The position numbers and the translations under genes were made by a program. Below, piece by piece: positions 9,906 through 21,253 of a DNA stretch of 64,000 bases. The notes below the pieces were generated by a model, which did no database searches, was not told the DNA's origin, and was given only the letters and a program-made list of their open reading frames with translations. How positions within the stretch are numbered: position 1 is the stretch's first letter; each line of letters begins with the position of its first letter. Source of the DNA: Opitutales bacterium (lineage in GTDB: Bacteria; Verrucomicrobiota; Verrucomicrobiia; Opitutales; UBA2987); NCBI GenBank assembly GCA_965226885.1, contig CBDDEL010000009.1:1-64000 (forward strand), given 5' to 3'.

Positions 9906-12422
9906 TGTAAACGCCGGGATGAAACCGGTACGGGGGTCGGGGTAAAACCGGTACGCTTGGAATAAGGTTTAGGTTAGTAATTGCAGGTACGTCAAGGTTT
10001 AGGGTTTGGGAGTTGGTTTTGGGGATTGGCTTGGGGTCGGTGAGGAGGCCGGAGGCCGACGAGCCGGGCCCAAGGCGTTTATTGTTTTGTGCCACGGCGA
10101 CGGCGTCGAGCATCGCGCAAGCGGTAGCTTTGCCCGTTGGCTTCGAGGATATGCACCCGATGGGTGAGTCGGTCCAGCAGAGCTCCGGTGAGCCGTTCGG
10201 AACCGAGCACTTCGATCCAGTTCTCAAAGGGCAGGTTGGTGGTGACGATGAGACTGGTGCGCTCGTAAGCGCGGCTGACCACGTCGAAGAGCAGTTCGGA
10301 CCCGGTCTTGGAAAAAGGGACGTAACCGAGTTCGTCGAGGATGAGTAGGTCGAGCCTTTCGAGTTGCTTCATGAAGCGCTGCAGGTCGTGGTTGTCGCGT
10401 TGCTCGAGCATATGGGTAACCAGGGCGGTGACCCCGAAGAAACGGATCCGCCGGCCCTGGGCACAGGCGGCAAAGCCCAGGGCGGTGGCCAGGTGCGTTT
10501 TACCGGTACCGGCGTTACCGAGGAGCAGCACGTTTTCGCGCTGGTCGACATACTCCCCGCGCATGAGCTCTCGGATGAGCGCTTCGTTGATCGAGGGCTG
10601 CGCTTCAAAGGCGAAGCTCTCGAGGGTCTTGAGCACGGGGAAACGGCCGTTTTTGATCCGCCGCTGGGCGGCCCGCTGTTCGCGTTCAATGAGCTCCCGT
10701 TCGACCAGATGCAACAAAAAGGCGGCGTAATCGAGCCGGTCCCGGGAACAAGCCGCGGCCACCGCCGGCCATTCGCGCAGGATGGTGGGCAACTTCAGTT
10801 TCTTGAGGTGATGGTGTAACAGCAGCTGGTTTTTTTCTTCCTTCATAAAGCCCCTCCTGGAATCTTGAGCAGTTCGCTGTAGGCACCGAGGTCAGGGGCG
10901 GCCACACGGACGTGACGCAGGTGTGGATGGCCGTCCAGCCGGAAGGTTCTGCTCCCGTAGTCTTCCTGAGGATAGAGATACTGGGCGATGGCCTCACGAG
11001 TCAGTCCCCCCACCCGCAGGGCCGAGACGACGGCCTGCTGCAAGGCCGCCATGGGGTGTTTCTCCAACAGCCGCAGCACCCGGATATACTCCCGGGTGCC
11101 TTCGCCCCCGCATTGGCTTTCGAGCCGGCGTCTGAGGACCTGCAGGCACTGCGGCAACTGCCAGCCCGAGAGTGGGCGGGCGAAGTCCAAAGCGCCCGGT
11201 TTTTTCTCCAGCAAAGCCAGGTAGTGCACCGGCTCGAAAGAGACTTGCTCTTTATCCCAAATGCGGCGGTGCCGGGCCACCTCTTGGCCCCCACAGAAGA
11301 TCACCACCTGCCGACAGGACCCTTCCACCACCACCGGATGGTGGGCGCAGCGCACCGGCACCGAATAGTCGTTGCACTCGAAGCGCACCAGCGAGAGGCT
11401 GCTGACGCAGGTCGAGCGTTTGCGGCTCGCTTCAAAGGGTATGGGCGGCAACGCCAGCATGACGGCGCGCTCCTCGGCCAGCAGTTCCTTTTTCACCGCC
11501 CTTTTCCCGCGTAATTTACGCTCCATGTCCCGCTCACATGCCTCCAACAGCTTTGCGTTGAGTTCCTCCAGGTCCCGAACCTGCGGTACCGGTACCAGGA
11601 AGTTGGCCCGGGCATAACGCACGATCCCCTCGACCACGCCCTTCTCGTTGGGCCGGGCGGGCAGACAGAAGTGTTCCTCGAACAGGTAATGGCTCTGTAG
11701 CTGCAGAAACCCGTCGGTCAGCTTGCGTTCACGCGAACCGATAATCTTACCCACCGCCACCTTCGAGTTGTCATAGCTGATGCGCCGGGGCACCGCCCCG
11801 AAAAACTCAAAAGCTCGCAGGTGCCCCTCCCAGAAGCTCTCCGTGCACTCCCGTTCGAACACCTGCACGAGAAAGGCATCGCTGTAGGGCAGGCTCATGG
11901 CAAAAAATGGCCGCCTACGCAATTGCCCCGCCTCCTTCACCAGGGCATGACCGAAGTCCACCTGTCCCTCCCCGGGGCGGTGCTCCAGCGGCACGAACAC
12001 TTCCCGCCGCCTCGCTCGCAGCTCGGCCACCACCTCCTTGACCGCCGTGTAGCCCCCTTGGTAGCCCTTCTCCCGACCCAAACGCTGGTAGATCCGTTTG
12101 GCCGTATGGCGCTGCTTCTTGGGCACGTTCCGGTCCGCTTTGAGCACCTCCTCGATCCAGCCCACATACGGATCGATCTTGCGCTCTCGCCTCTTCTTGC
12201 GCCGGTATCCCGGCGGCTGGGAATAGGCCAGCATCTTTCCCAGGGTCTCCCAGTGCAGTCCCTCTTCTCGCATTACAGAGCGCTTGCTCTGCTTGTCCCG
12301 CAGCACTTTGTGCCGCACTCTTGTCCATTGCTTCATATCTCGATACACTCCTCCTTTCTAGGATAAGCGTACCGGTTTTAAAGCGCCCTCTTTACCGTAC
12401 CGGTTTTTCCCCGGCGTTTACA
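9906..12422 (-). mobile_element. IS21-family element copy 2, intact (istA 10843-12348, istB 10079-10846)
   Basis: Same IRs as copy 1. 6-bp TSD CTTCGT at 9900-9905 and 12423-12428. Confidence 0.94.
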
Positions 12423-13976
12423 CTTCGTCCCTTTTAAGGCTAACCGGCGCATGGCTTCCATCAAGGTGTAGGCCAGCGCCGACAAGAGCAATCGCCACTG
12501 ATTGGCCCACCATTGATGGGCGCTGGTGCGCTCGCTGAACAATTGCATCTGTTCCTTGATTCGGTTCTCCATTTCACCGCGGCCACAGTATACCTTGTCG
12601 TAAAGCTCCTGGGGATCGCCCGGCAGGTTCGTCACCACGAAGCGCGGGTTGGACCCCTGTGCGGTGTGTTCGGCTTTATGGATGACCAACCGCAGCCATC
12701 GCCACGAATCGGCAGCATAGACGAAGTCCTGGAATAACCGTTGTTTTTTACCCCTTAGTTCGAACCATTCTTTGGCCTGCTTTTGCAACTGCTGGGCGTC
12801 TTGCTGCAAGCGTGCATTGCGAGCCATCCCCACGATGTAACTAGAGGCTGTCCCAAAAGGGTGATTTTTGCGAGGGCTTTTGATAGGCGCTCATTTTAGA
12901 GGTATTTGCATTTGGGAGAGTATCAACTTTGCTCTCCTATGACGTTAGGATACTGGTTTTGGGGTCCGGTTGCCTGGTTTTCTTTGTATGAGCCGACAGT
13001 AAGGCTGTGAAAAAGTATTGTCCTTGCTTTTCCGCTCTCTAGGCCGCCGCTTTGGTTTTTAGTTCGTCTTGCTGGGCCAGCATCTTGGCTACTTTCCATA
13101 GGTTGTGCGAGAGTACCGACCAGGCTACGCTGATCGAGCGGTTGGCAAAGCCTTTGCTGCGCAACCGCCCGGCCTGCCAGCGATTCTTCAATACCCCGAT
13201 CCGCCCTTCGGTGCTGGCCCGGCGCTTTTGCAATTGTCTGAACAGTGGTTCCTCCATCCGTTTTTTCAACTGCTTCGGATCGCGTGGACAGAGCGCGTCG
13301 TAGATTCCCTCCTGGGCTAACTGCCGGCGGGCCCGCTGGGAGGCAAATCCCCGGTCCGCGCACATGGCCGCTATGGGTTCTTCCAGGTTGAAGCGGTTCT
13401 GTCTTTGCAAACTCTCTTGCATTTGTTCATTTTCGCTTGGAGTTCGGCTGCCGTAGAGTTTCCAGTCCAGCAGGTACCCTTCAACGCTTTCTCCCAAAAA
13501 CAGGGTGTTGCCGAACTCGACCTCTTGGCCCGCTTTACCTCGCACAATCACCTGCCCATCGAGTTCGTAAACACTCAAGACTTTCTCTGCGTTTTTCACC
13601 TGGCGGCCGCCAATGATCCGCTCGTGCGCCTGTTTGATGACCACCGGGATTTGCTCGCTCATGCGCTCCATCCGGGCGAGGATCTGTTGGACCTGTTTTT
13701 CGCTGTAATCGCTTTGCTCCCAGCAGGCTTGCAATAATTCCCGGTGACTGCGGGCATGCTCCCCGAGCCGTTTGAGCAGCTTTTTCATCTGCCTCAAGAT
13801 ACCCTTGCGCTGCCGCGCGCTGTCCTTTCGCCGCCGGCTGTGGGTCATCTGTATGCACAGCCGATTCATCTGCCGAGCCAAGGGCTCCGGTTCGATCGGC
13901 ATGCGATGGCGCACACCGGCCTTCTCGCGGATCAGCCGGATCGCTTTGAGCAACGTGCCGGCTACATCCTTGAGTA

Positions 13977-15108
13977 ATACCAAATCTCATTAGGTATGAT
14001 AATAAGTTATTTGGCAGAAGCGTTTGCTTGAATGTGCTGCCAGCCTCCGCCAACTAAAGAGAGGACTTTTTCAGTGTCCTCCCACCAGTCTTTGAGATGG
14101 GTTGCGACGACTTCTTCGAGTCGCTCAATGCTCGGCCACAGTTTGTTGGCCGTTTGATCCTGTATCATATCCCAAAGTCTTTCAATCGGGTTGAGTTCAG
14201 GACTATACGGCGGCAAATTCACGATATGTATGCCCGGGGGGACGTTGGGGTGCTCCGAGTCGTGCGGATGGAAGCCTGCCCCGTCCCATACAACCACATG
14301 TTCCTCCTCAGGATATTGCTTTTTGATCTGTTGGAGGAAAGCCTCCGTCCACTGTAGATTCGTGCTAGGGGTTTGGATGCATACCATCTCGCCGTTGACC
14401 ACGTCGAGGGCTCCGTAACAGTAGCTCCACTGGTATCTTGTCTGATATTTTTTGTGCGGCCGAAGCCCTCTTTGCGTCCAGCACCGGCGGTACACCGGAA
14501 GCAAACCAAAACGGCTTTCATCGGCAAACCACACCCGAACCCGATTGCCTCGGGTGAGGGAAAGCTCCTGGAGGATCTTAAAAAAGTCTCGCTTGAACGC
14601 TTCCGCTTTTGCCGAGTCCCGTTTCTCATGCACGGGGCGAGGGACTCGAAGCACCCCGGCGCATTTTTTTAGCCATCGCCACACCGTCTTGTAGGCGAAG
14701 GAGCGCCCGAAATGTCGCTCCAGCTCTTGCCCCGCCTGAACGGCTGTGTTCCAGCGCGCGACCTTCAAACCATTGAGCAAGAAGGCCTCCACCTCTTTGT
14801 CGCAACGGCTTTTGATCCCGCCTTTGTAGGCGCGTGTAAGCACCGCCCCGAGCCCTGCAGCACGATATTTGTCAAACCAACGCTGGATCGTCGCTTTGCC
14901 TCGGCCCACGATGGCTCCAATTTCATCAATGCTGTGGTGCGGCTGGAAGCCCATTTTTAATGCCACCAAACGCTCTTTACGCCAGCCGACAGCCTCTTTG
15001 TTGAGCAATTTCTTGATACGTTCACGGTCTTCATCGGTTCCCATATATCTTCTCATTCCGCCTCTATAGCTGTTTTTTAATCTTTATCAATCCTTTTGCG
15101 ATTTGGTA
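13977..15108 (-). mobile_element. IS630-family element (transposase 14007-15056, 349 aa)
   Basis: WFADESRFG, VVWDGAGFH and LPPYSPELNPIE motifs. TA duplication and TACCAAATC terminal repeats; boundary uncertain by 1 bp. Confidence 0.9.
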
Positions 15109-15667
15109 TAATACCCAGTCCGTCGGCCAATGAATGTTAGCCTCCAAACAGGTGCCGTCGATCAGGCAAATGGTGGTGTCAATCGGCTTGTCCAATCCCA
15201 CCTGCCGGGCCAGAAGGGCATCGCCCACCACCTCAGTCAAGGTCCGGTGCAAGGCCCTCAACTGCTCTTCGCTGAAAAACTTCGAGGCCCGCTCCAGGGT
15301 GCTTTTGGAGATGCCCCTGATGCCATCGATCTGCCGGACACGGCAAAAGTCGGCCAACAGATCGCTGCTGCCCAGAGCCCGCGACAAATGCCGAAACGAA
15401 ATCCCTCCGAGCAGACGGCCCAGCGTATCCATGCGCAGTGCCTTGATGGCAAAACTGGCCCGCTGCCGCCGGGCCTTTAGACCCATTGGCGGCCACCCCT
15501 CCAAGGCCAGCTCAATGGCCTGCGATTCCACCTCCGAGTCGATCAGCAGCCGATCGATTCGATCAATGGTGGCGCGGAAGTTATCGTAATCGAGGCACCG
15601 GTCGACCACAGTTAAAGCTGGACGCAGGAGGCATTGGATGGCTATATTTTTCATAGAAAGGGCTATA

Positions 15668-15819
15668 GGCGGATCCTCCAGCAGTTGGTCTTCGAGCCCC
15701 TGCCGGAACTCTCCGTCCCAGGCATTTTCTCCGGGCAGGCACTTGATCCGCTCCACCAAAAACTCCCCGCCCTGCGCGCGAGATCAAGCATGAGTTCAGG
15801 CCCCACCTGACTCTTCATC
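15668..15819 (-). pseudogene. 5' fragment of a probable PLP-dependent (group II) decarboxylase, cut at the unit boundary
   Basis: Minus strand reads approximately ELMLDLARRA..FLVERIKCLPGENAWDGEFRQGLEDQLLEDPP with a frameshift. Family assignment is by resemblance only. Confidence 0.4.
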
Positions 15820-15872
15820 GCTCCGCGTCGAGTCCGTATGACGTTTCTCGTCTTCTATATTCGGTGTCACAA

Positions 15873-16142
15873 CTAACTGCGGCGTGATGCTTTAGATAAC
15901 ACAACAGAATTTTCGATGGGTTTCGTTTCCCATGGCCCGTTTCTCGAACTGCCTTTCGACCCGCTCACTCCTCCTTCGTCGAGCCGCCCCGCCCAATACG
16001 AACCGTCCCGGACTGTCGCAAAGATAAACGGCCACCTGGGCCACCTGATGAGCACTCGTCCCCTGGCTACCAACAATAGGCCATGAAGGCGATGCTCGTA
16101 GGAAGATTGCTCGCTTCGACGGATTTCACCTTGCAAGACCAA
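15873..16142 (-). pseudogene. Degenerate IS630-like HTH transposase fragment
   Basis: LQGEIRRSEQSSYEHRLHGLLLVARG resembles IS630-type N-termini. Confidence 0.45.
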
Positions 16143-16143
16143 G

Positions 16144-16392
16144 CTAGGGGCGCGCCACGGGCAGCCATCCCTGCACCGGCGTGCCCAACCGGATAGCGCC
16201 CCGCGTCTTCAGCGATGCGGCTTGCGATACGGTTGGCGGCGGCCTTGAGGGAACCGTAGGCGAGGTGGGTGTAGCGGCGGCGGTCTGCACCTTGTTGTGC
16301 CGGAGCAGGTTTCCAATCATGGGCAGCGCCTCGCCGACCGGAAACCCGTTTCTGGCATAGCTATGTCCAAAAGGTCGTAAATGCGCTACCAA
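16144..16392 (-). pseudogene. Degenerate tyrosine recombinase C-terminal fragment
   Basis: HSYA...GEALPMIGNLLRHNKVQT resembles HDLRHS.A...LPMIGKLLGH...TT.RY; catalytic residues eroded. Confidence 0.55.
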
Positions 16393-16480
16393 AGCTCACG
16401 AAAAGAGGCGTGCCGCGCTTGAAGTCGGGCATCACCCGGGGGGGTTGCCTTCCTAAAGTGCGCCGCGGCGCTGAAGCTCT

Positions 16481-19006
16481 TCAAAAACTGTAGCCGAGCT
16501 TTCCGTACCAGAAGGCGCCATCAAACCCAAAGGGGCAGAACTGGCCGTATTTGTTGCCAGTAGTCGCGGCGGACTTCGGATTTTCGTCAGGGTAATTGTT
16601 GAAGACGTTCTGAGCGCCCGCCGTTAAGGTGATTCGATCCGTAAGGGAGTAGTTGACTTCGAAATCAACGAGGAATTCGTCTCCGTAGGTTTGACTATCC
16701 TCGGAATCATGCCAGGAACTATAGTAACGGCCGCGGCCCAGCAGATTCCAGCGATCCAGCATGGGCTGCGTCAGGGTTATGGTTGCCCGATGCCTGGGAA
16801 GACCCTCCTGTAATTCCCGGATGCGGACGTCGTTTATCGTCTCGGGGCTGAACTGGGTGACTTCCGTATTCGTGTAGTTATAACCGAGGCTCAGTTCACC
16901 CTCCCGCACTCCGGTCGACAGAACGACGTCGATGCCGCGGGTTTCCGTGTCAAAGTCATTGATGAAAAAGACGTACTCCACCAGATTGTAGGCGTCGGTG
17001 ATGCCCGTAGCGAACAATTGATCGCGCTCTGCATCCGTAAACTCGAAGTCCTGTGAGAGCGACATGCGGTTCTTCACGTCGATGCCGAAATAATCGACCG
17101 TGATTACCGTATTGCCCATATCGACAACGAAGCCGATACTGAAGTTGGTCGATTTTTCAGGCGTGAGCGCCTCGCCGCCCCTCCCCATCGCAACGGGATT
17201 GGTGGGAGGAATCACGGCCCTGGTGATTAGTTCCATTCGGTCCGCTTGAAATTCAGTGGTTACGTTGAAAGCGTTTTGCTGACCGGGAGTGGGGGCCCGG
17301 AAACCGGTGTTGAAGCTCCCGCGCACCTTCAGATTCTCGTTGATGCCGTAGGTGGTCGCCAGCTTATAGTTGATTGTGCCTCCGAAATCATTGAATTCTT
17401 CATAGCGCAAAGCGGCGGCAACCAACCAGTCGTCGGTCAGCTCGTATTCCGCGTCCACGTAGACGGCATAGTTGGAGCGGTCCCATATACCGGCGGCGCT
17501 ATCACCGAAACCCGAGAAACCGTTGGAAGCACCCCTGAATCCCTGCTGATGCAGAGCCTGGCCGATCGCATATGACTCGGGTTGCCCCCTCACGATTTCA
17601 AACTCCTCGACACGGTATTCGAAGCCACTGGCGAGGAACAACTGCTCGCTTAGCGGATAGGTCACGCCAAAGTTGAGGTTGATTTCGGTCTGAATATAAT
17701 CACCGGGATCGAAATAAGTCGGAGTATCGGGGCCGAGAGAGGCGTTGACGGTATTAAAGATAAAGAAATCAGTGTGATGACGCCCGTAAGCAGCGCTGAA
17801 ATCCAAGCCGAGTTTCGATCCGGTTGTTCTCACCCCGGCGACAATGGATTGGTCCTTCGCGTACCCGCCAAAGCGGGGCGTGAAACCGCCGGGGAAGAGT
17901 TCCTGAAAGGTGAACAGATTGGGATCGTCGAACACCTGTTGCAAAGCGACGGGGTCCGGCACATGGTTAGTTATCGTTACCACAGGGACCTTGGACTCAT
18001 CGCCATCCAAAGCGCCCACCAGCAACGTTTTTCCGGCGTCATTACTGAATACGCCGCGTCGCGTATTGGGATTGCGGTAATAGAACCCGCCCTCCACTTC
18101 CTTGCTCGCGTAGTTGGCATGACCGTAGAACTCGAGGTTCCCGCCTATGGCGGCGCCGTAATTGGCAAACAATTTGAGATCGTCCCGAACGAAGGGTTGA
18201 CCCCAGATTTGAGCGGGATTCGCCACCTCGCTGTTTCCCACCGCGATCAGAGCAGCGGCGTCATCTCGCTGCACGGAGCGGATGGTCTCGCCAGAGTTGC
18301 CGTACTCCCCGCTGAGATTGATCCAGGCCTTTTCGCTGCCCAAGCCGATATTGCCGGCGATGGAAACTGCTTCGCCGCCACCGTCCTGGTAAATCCCCGT
18401 TCGAACGATGAGAGACCCTCCTTCGTAACTGTCGTTGAGCTCGAAGTTCAACACCCCCGCAATGGCATCGGAACCGTACTGCGCCGAAGCTCCGTCGCGC
18501 AGCACTTCAATCCGTTTCAGAGCGAGCGCGGGAATGGGGGCTACATCGGGCCCCTGTGCGCCATCGGCGACGCCGTTGCCCAACCAGTGAATCACGGACG
18601 CGCGGTGGCGGCGCTTGCCGTTGATGAGCACCAGCGTATGGTCCGGCGGCAGCCCGCGTATATTGAGCGGCCGAACGATCGTCGAGGAGTCGCTGATCGG
18701 CTGGGTATTGACGTTGTAAGAGGGGATGACGTTCCTCAATAGATCCTGTAAATCAGTGAAGCCTTGCATGGTGAGGGATTCGCCGGCGAATGTATCGACG
18801 GGCACCGCTGAATCAACCACCGAACGCGGCTCCGCCCGCGAACCGATGATGACCAGTTCTTCGAGGACCTGCAGATTCTCGGAGTCGTCCCGGGGCTCGG
18901 ACGGGGCTGGGGTCGAGTGAACGCTTTCGGGCTGCAGCACCTCCTGCGCGAAGGCATTTAAAGGAAGCAATGCAAGTATGGTAAGAGTAATTGTAGAAAG
19001 TCTCAT
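16481..19006 (-). CDS. TonB-dependent outer-membrane receptor
   Basis: Signal peptide, TonB-box-like EELVIIGSR, plug motifs RGLPPDHTLVLINGKRR and RIEVLRDGASAQYGSDAIAGVLN, C-terminal YSF. Uninterrupted ORF. Confidence 0.93.
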   Translation of the reverse strand: MRLSTITLTILALLPLNAFAQEVLQPESVHSTPAPSEPRDDSENLQVLEELVIIGSRAEPRSVVDSAVPVDTFAGESLTMQGFTDLQDLLRNVIPSYNVNTQPISDSSTIVRPLNIRGLPPDHTLVLINGKRRHRASVIHWLGNGVADGAQGPDVAPIPALALKRIEVLRDGASAQYGSDAIAGVLNFELNDSYEGGSLIVRTGIYQDGGGEAVSIAGNIGLGSEKAWINLSGEYGNSGETIRSVQRDDAAALIAVGNSEVANPAQIWGQPFVRDDLKLFANYGAAIGGNLEFYGHANYASKEVEGGFYYRNPNTRRGVFSNDAGKTLLVGALDGDESKVPVVTITNHVPDPVALQQVFDDPNLFTFQELFPGGFTPRFGGYAKDQSIVAGVRTTGSKLGLDFSAAYGRHHTDFFIFNTVNASLGPDTPTYFDPGDYIQTEINLNFGVTYPLSEQLFLASGFEYRVEEFEIVRGQPESYAIGQALHQQGFRGASNGFSGFGDSAAGIWDRSNYAVYVDAEYELTDDWLVAAALRYEEFNDFGGTINYKLATTYGINENLKVRGSFNTGFRAPTPGQQNAFNVTTEFQADRMELITRAVIPPTNPVAMGRGGEALTPEKSTNFSIGFVVDMGNTVITVDYFGIDVKNRMSLSQDFEFTDAERDQLFATGITDAYNLVEYVFFINDFDTETRGIDVVLSTGVREGELSLGYNYTNTEVTQFSPETINDVRIRELQEGLPRHRATITLTQPMLDRWNLLGRGRYYSSWHDSEDSQTYGDEFLVDFEVNYSLTDRITLTAGAQNVFNNYPDENPKSAATTGNKYGQFCPFGFDGAFWYGKLGYSF

Positions 19007-19087
19007 TGGTATCTGAATATGACCATTACACCACTCAACCAACTCGAGGTCAAGTCCGGATTCTACTGCCAGGGTAGAAAGATTCTA

Positions 19088-19431
19088 GGTTCCTCGACGT
19101 TTTCAGTGGTACATTGCGGAGGGGATGTTGAGTTTACCGACGGCGAAGTGGAGCATGGTGATTAGCTTCTTTAGTGGTGTGATGGCCTCTGGCTTTGCGT
19201 TTGGTTGCGCTAAAGACACTGTTGAGTTCTTCAATGCAGGTATTGGTGAAGTGCGATTCCCAGTGGGCGAGGGTTTCCTCTTGGTGATTTTCGATTATGT
19301 TGGCCCATGGGTTTAAGGAAGCCTCGCCATGATGCTTACACATTGCGGTAATAACGTTCGAAATAGGTACTCAGGTTGCGTCTTCTCAGTAAAGGATATT
19401 GTGCCAGTACCACTGAAAACGTCGAGGAACC
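19088..19431. mobile_element. 344-bp ISL3-derived internally deleted element (MITE-like)
   Basis: Perfect 25-bp IR GGTTCCTCGACGTTTTCAGTGGTAC. 8-bp TSD AGATTCTA. Interior encodes an ISL3 C-terminal remnant (TNTCIEELNSVFSATKRKARG). Confidence 0.85.
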
Positions 19432-19523
19432 AGATTCTAAGACGCAACTAGCTGATAAGCAAAAAGATAAAAAAAGAGCTAGACAATCCCGAATAAATCA
19501 GTCATGTTAAGATGGTATGAAAG

Positions 19524-21253
19524 CCGAGATTTCCCATATGAACATTCGTAATCGTTGAAAATAGCTACTTTCTAATATTTCGATCCAATTTTCTGCTTTC
19601 AATGTGATTTTGCAATCCTTTCCTTGGTTATTTGATGATCAAATCGGCAGTATTTAACAATTATTGCTGATTTTCCCTTTGCTTGGTCAAATCAGGGAAA
19701 GATATTTCCTTCTGTTGGAGGTTTCCACAGCACTGATTCCCACAGCACTGATTCCTTTTGTATCGAAAAATCTTCTTACTCACCCCGTATCAGGTGCGAG
19801 TCGCAGTCGCTCTACTCGCTTGAGCATGGTTCGAAACATTTCTCTTGGGATGGCCACCTCAGCCATCTGGAAAGTGATATACTTGGCATGGTGGATCACC
19901 TTTGCTCCGATTTTGATGAGTTTCTCCCGCAAAGAGCTCAGCATCTAGTGCTTCACCTTCAAAGAGCTCAGCATCTAGTGCTTCACCTTGCCAGGAAGAA
20001 TCAACCGGCGCATGAAGTTGCCCAGATTGTAGGCTAAGCCGAAGAGCTGAAGCCGAACGGCATTGTCCTCAAAGTCATGGCAGGACAAGCGGGTCCAGTG
20101 GATGGCATGTTTGCCCTCTTTGATCCACTGCTCTGCGGTGCCCCGGTGGTTGTAAAATTTCACTACCTTCCTGGGTGGCCAGTTCAGATTTGTCACGATG
20201 AAACCGACCCGCGCAAATAACTCTCCGGCCTGCCACTCGACCTTGGCCACCACCCGGCGAGGTCTCTGCCAACTAGCGGCTTGATACGGAAAACTGGCAT
20301 AAAACACCTTGGGTGCCCACGAGGGTCGCCCCACTGGCCGAGTGAGTAAAGGGGCGATATGTTTTTGTAAAATCGTGTTGCTCTGCAGCCGAATGGCATA
20401 GGAGAAGTTCTCTTGCTCAAGGTAACCGTAGAGGTCCGGATTGGCGAAGGCTGCGTCACCTCGGAAAAATCGTTTCAGGGGACAGTCACGATAGCGGGCA
20501 ACGACCGGTTGGAGCACCGACAACCAATCGTCGGCACTGTGCACATTGCCTTTACGCAGGTTGGCCCGTTCCAGATCACCAAACTGGTTGAAGCAGAACA
20601 GGGGATGGTAACAGGTGCAGCCGAAATGACCGTTGAAGGCTGAGCCTTCCTGCTTCCCGTAAGTAGGGCTCTCCGAACTATCCATATCGAGAATCAATTT
20701 TTTCATCCCCACTCGCCTATTCACCTGGTCGATCCATTGACCACTCATGTCCATCAGTGCGCTCAGATTCGCAGGCTTGGTTAACATCTGTGTTTCAAAG
20801 CGGCTCATTTCACTGGGCGAAGCCGCCGGTTGCCAATCGGCACGACCCCCGACAATCTGCCTCATGACCGGATCAAAGCGCAGGCGCTCCGCATCGTTCG
20901 TATCTTTGTATCCTGCCAGGCGACTAAAGACAGACTGCCGAAGCAGAGCCGTTCTGCCGTGCTGGATATTTTTGCCCGTGCGCTCCTCCACCACATTTTT
21001 GCTTCCTATTGCAGTCAGCCCGAAAGCCTCATCGAGTTCCCGGTAGAGTAACAATCCTGCATCACTGGTAACCTTCGCACCGTGGAACTCCAACTTGATT
21101 CGGCGGTTGAATTGAACCCGAAAACTGCTCTTTTTTGCGTCACCCATTGGATTTTAAGAATTTGCTCGTTATAAGTATATTTAAGTAACTTATTATTAAA
21201 CACATAGCGCTTATTTCAAGCTAATTTTCTTATGATGAAATGGGAAATATGGG
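19524..21253 (-). mobile_element. IS1380-family element type 2; transposase 19780-21147 is a pseudogene
   Basis: TSDAGLL, LDMDSS, RGDAAF, YNHRGTAEQWIKEGK motifs. TAG (likely from TGG) plus a 30-bp duplication precede LREKLIKIGA. Imperfect IRs CCCATATTTCCCAT / CCGAGATTTCCCAT. Confidence 0.82.

Larger units (their letters stand above)
15668..21253 (-). mobile_element. Putative IS1380-driven transposition unit carrying a TonB-dependent receptor
   Basis: 5.6-kb block absent from the sister IS copy (empty site AAGGGCTATATTG near 41750-41762). Flanked by CTATA at 15663-15667 and 21254-21258. One end is the left IR (IRL) of IS1380 type 2. Confidence 0.75.

Noticed and set aside
15064..15759. 231-aa ORF as a novel fusion protein
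   Set aside because: Chance read-through across cargo fragment, IS5-like transposase and IS630 end.
16144..16392. Tyrosine recombinase fragment as the integron integrase
   Set aside because: Short, eroded, 27 kb from the attC sites, and no IntI-specific features visible.
17774..18742. 322-aa plus-strand ORF and similar long shadow ORFs (e.g. 33977-34600, 37691-38347, 49689-50354)
   Set aside because: Antisense to well-supported genes and without recognisable motifs.
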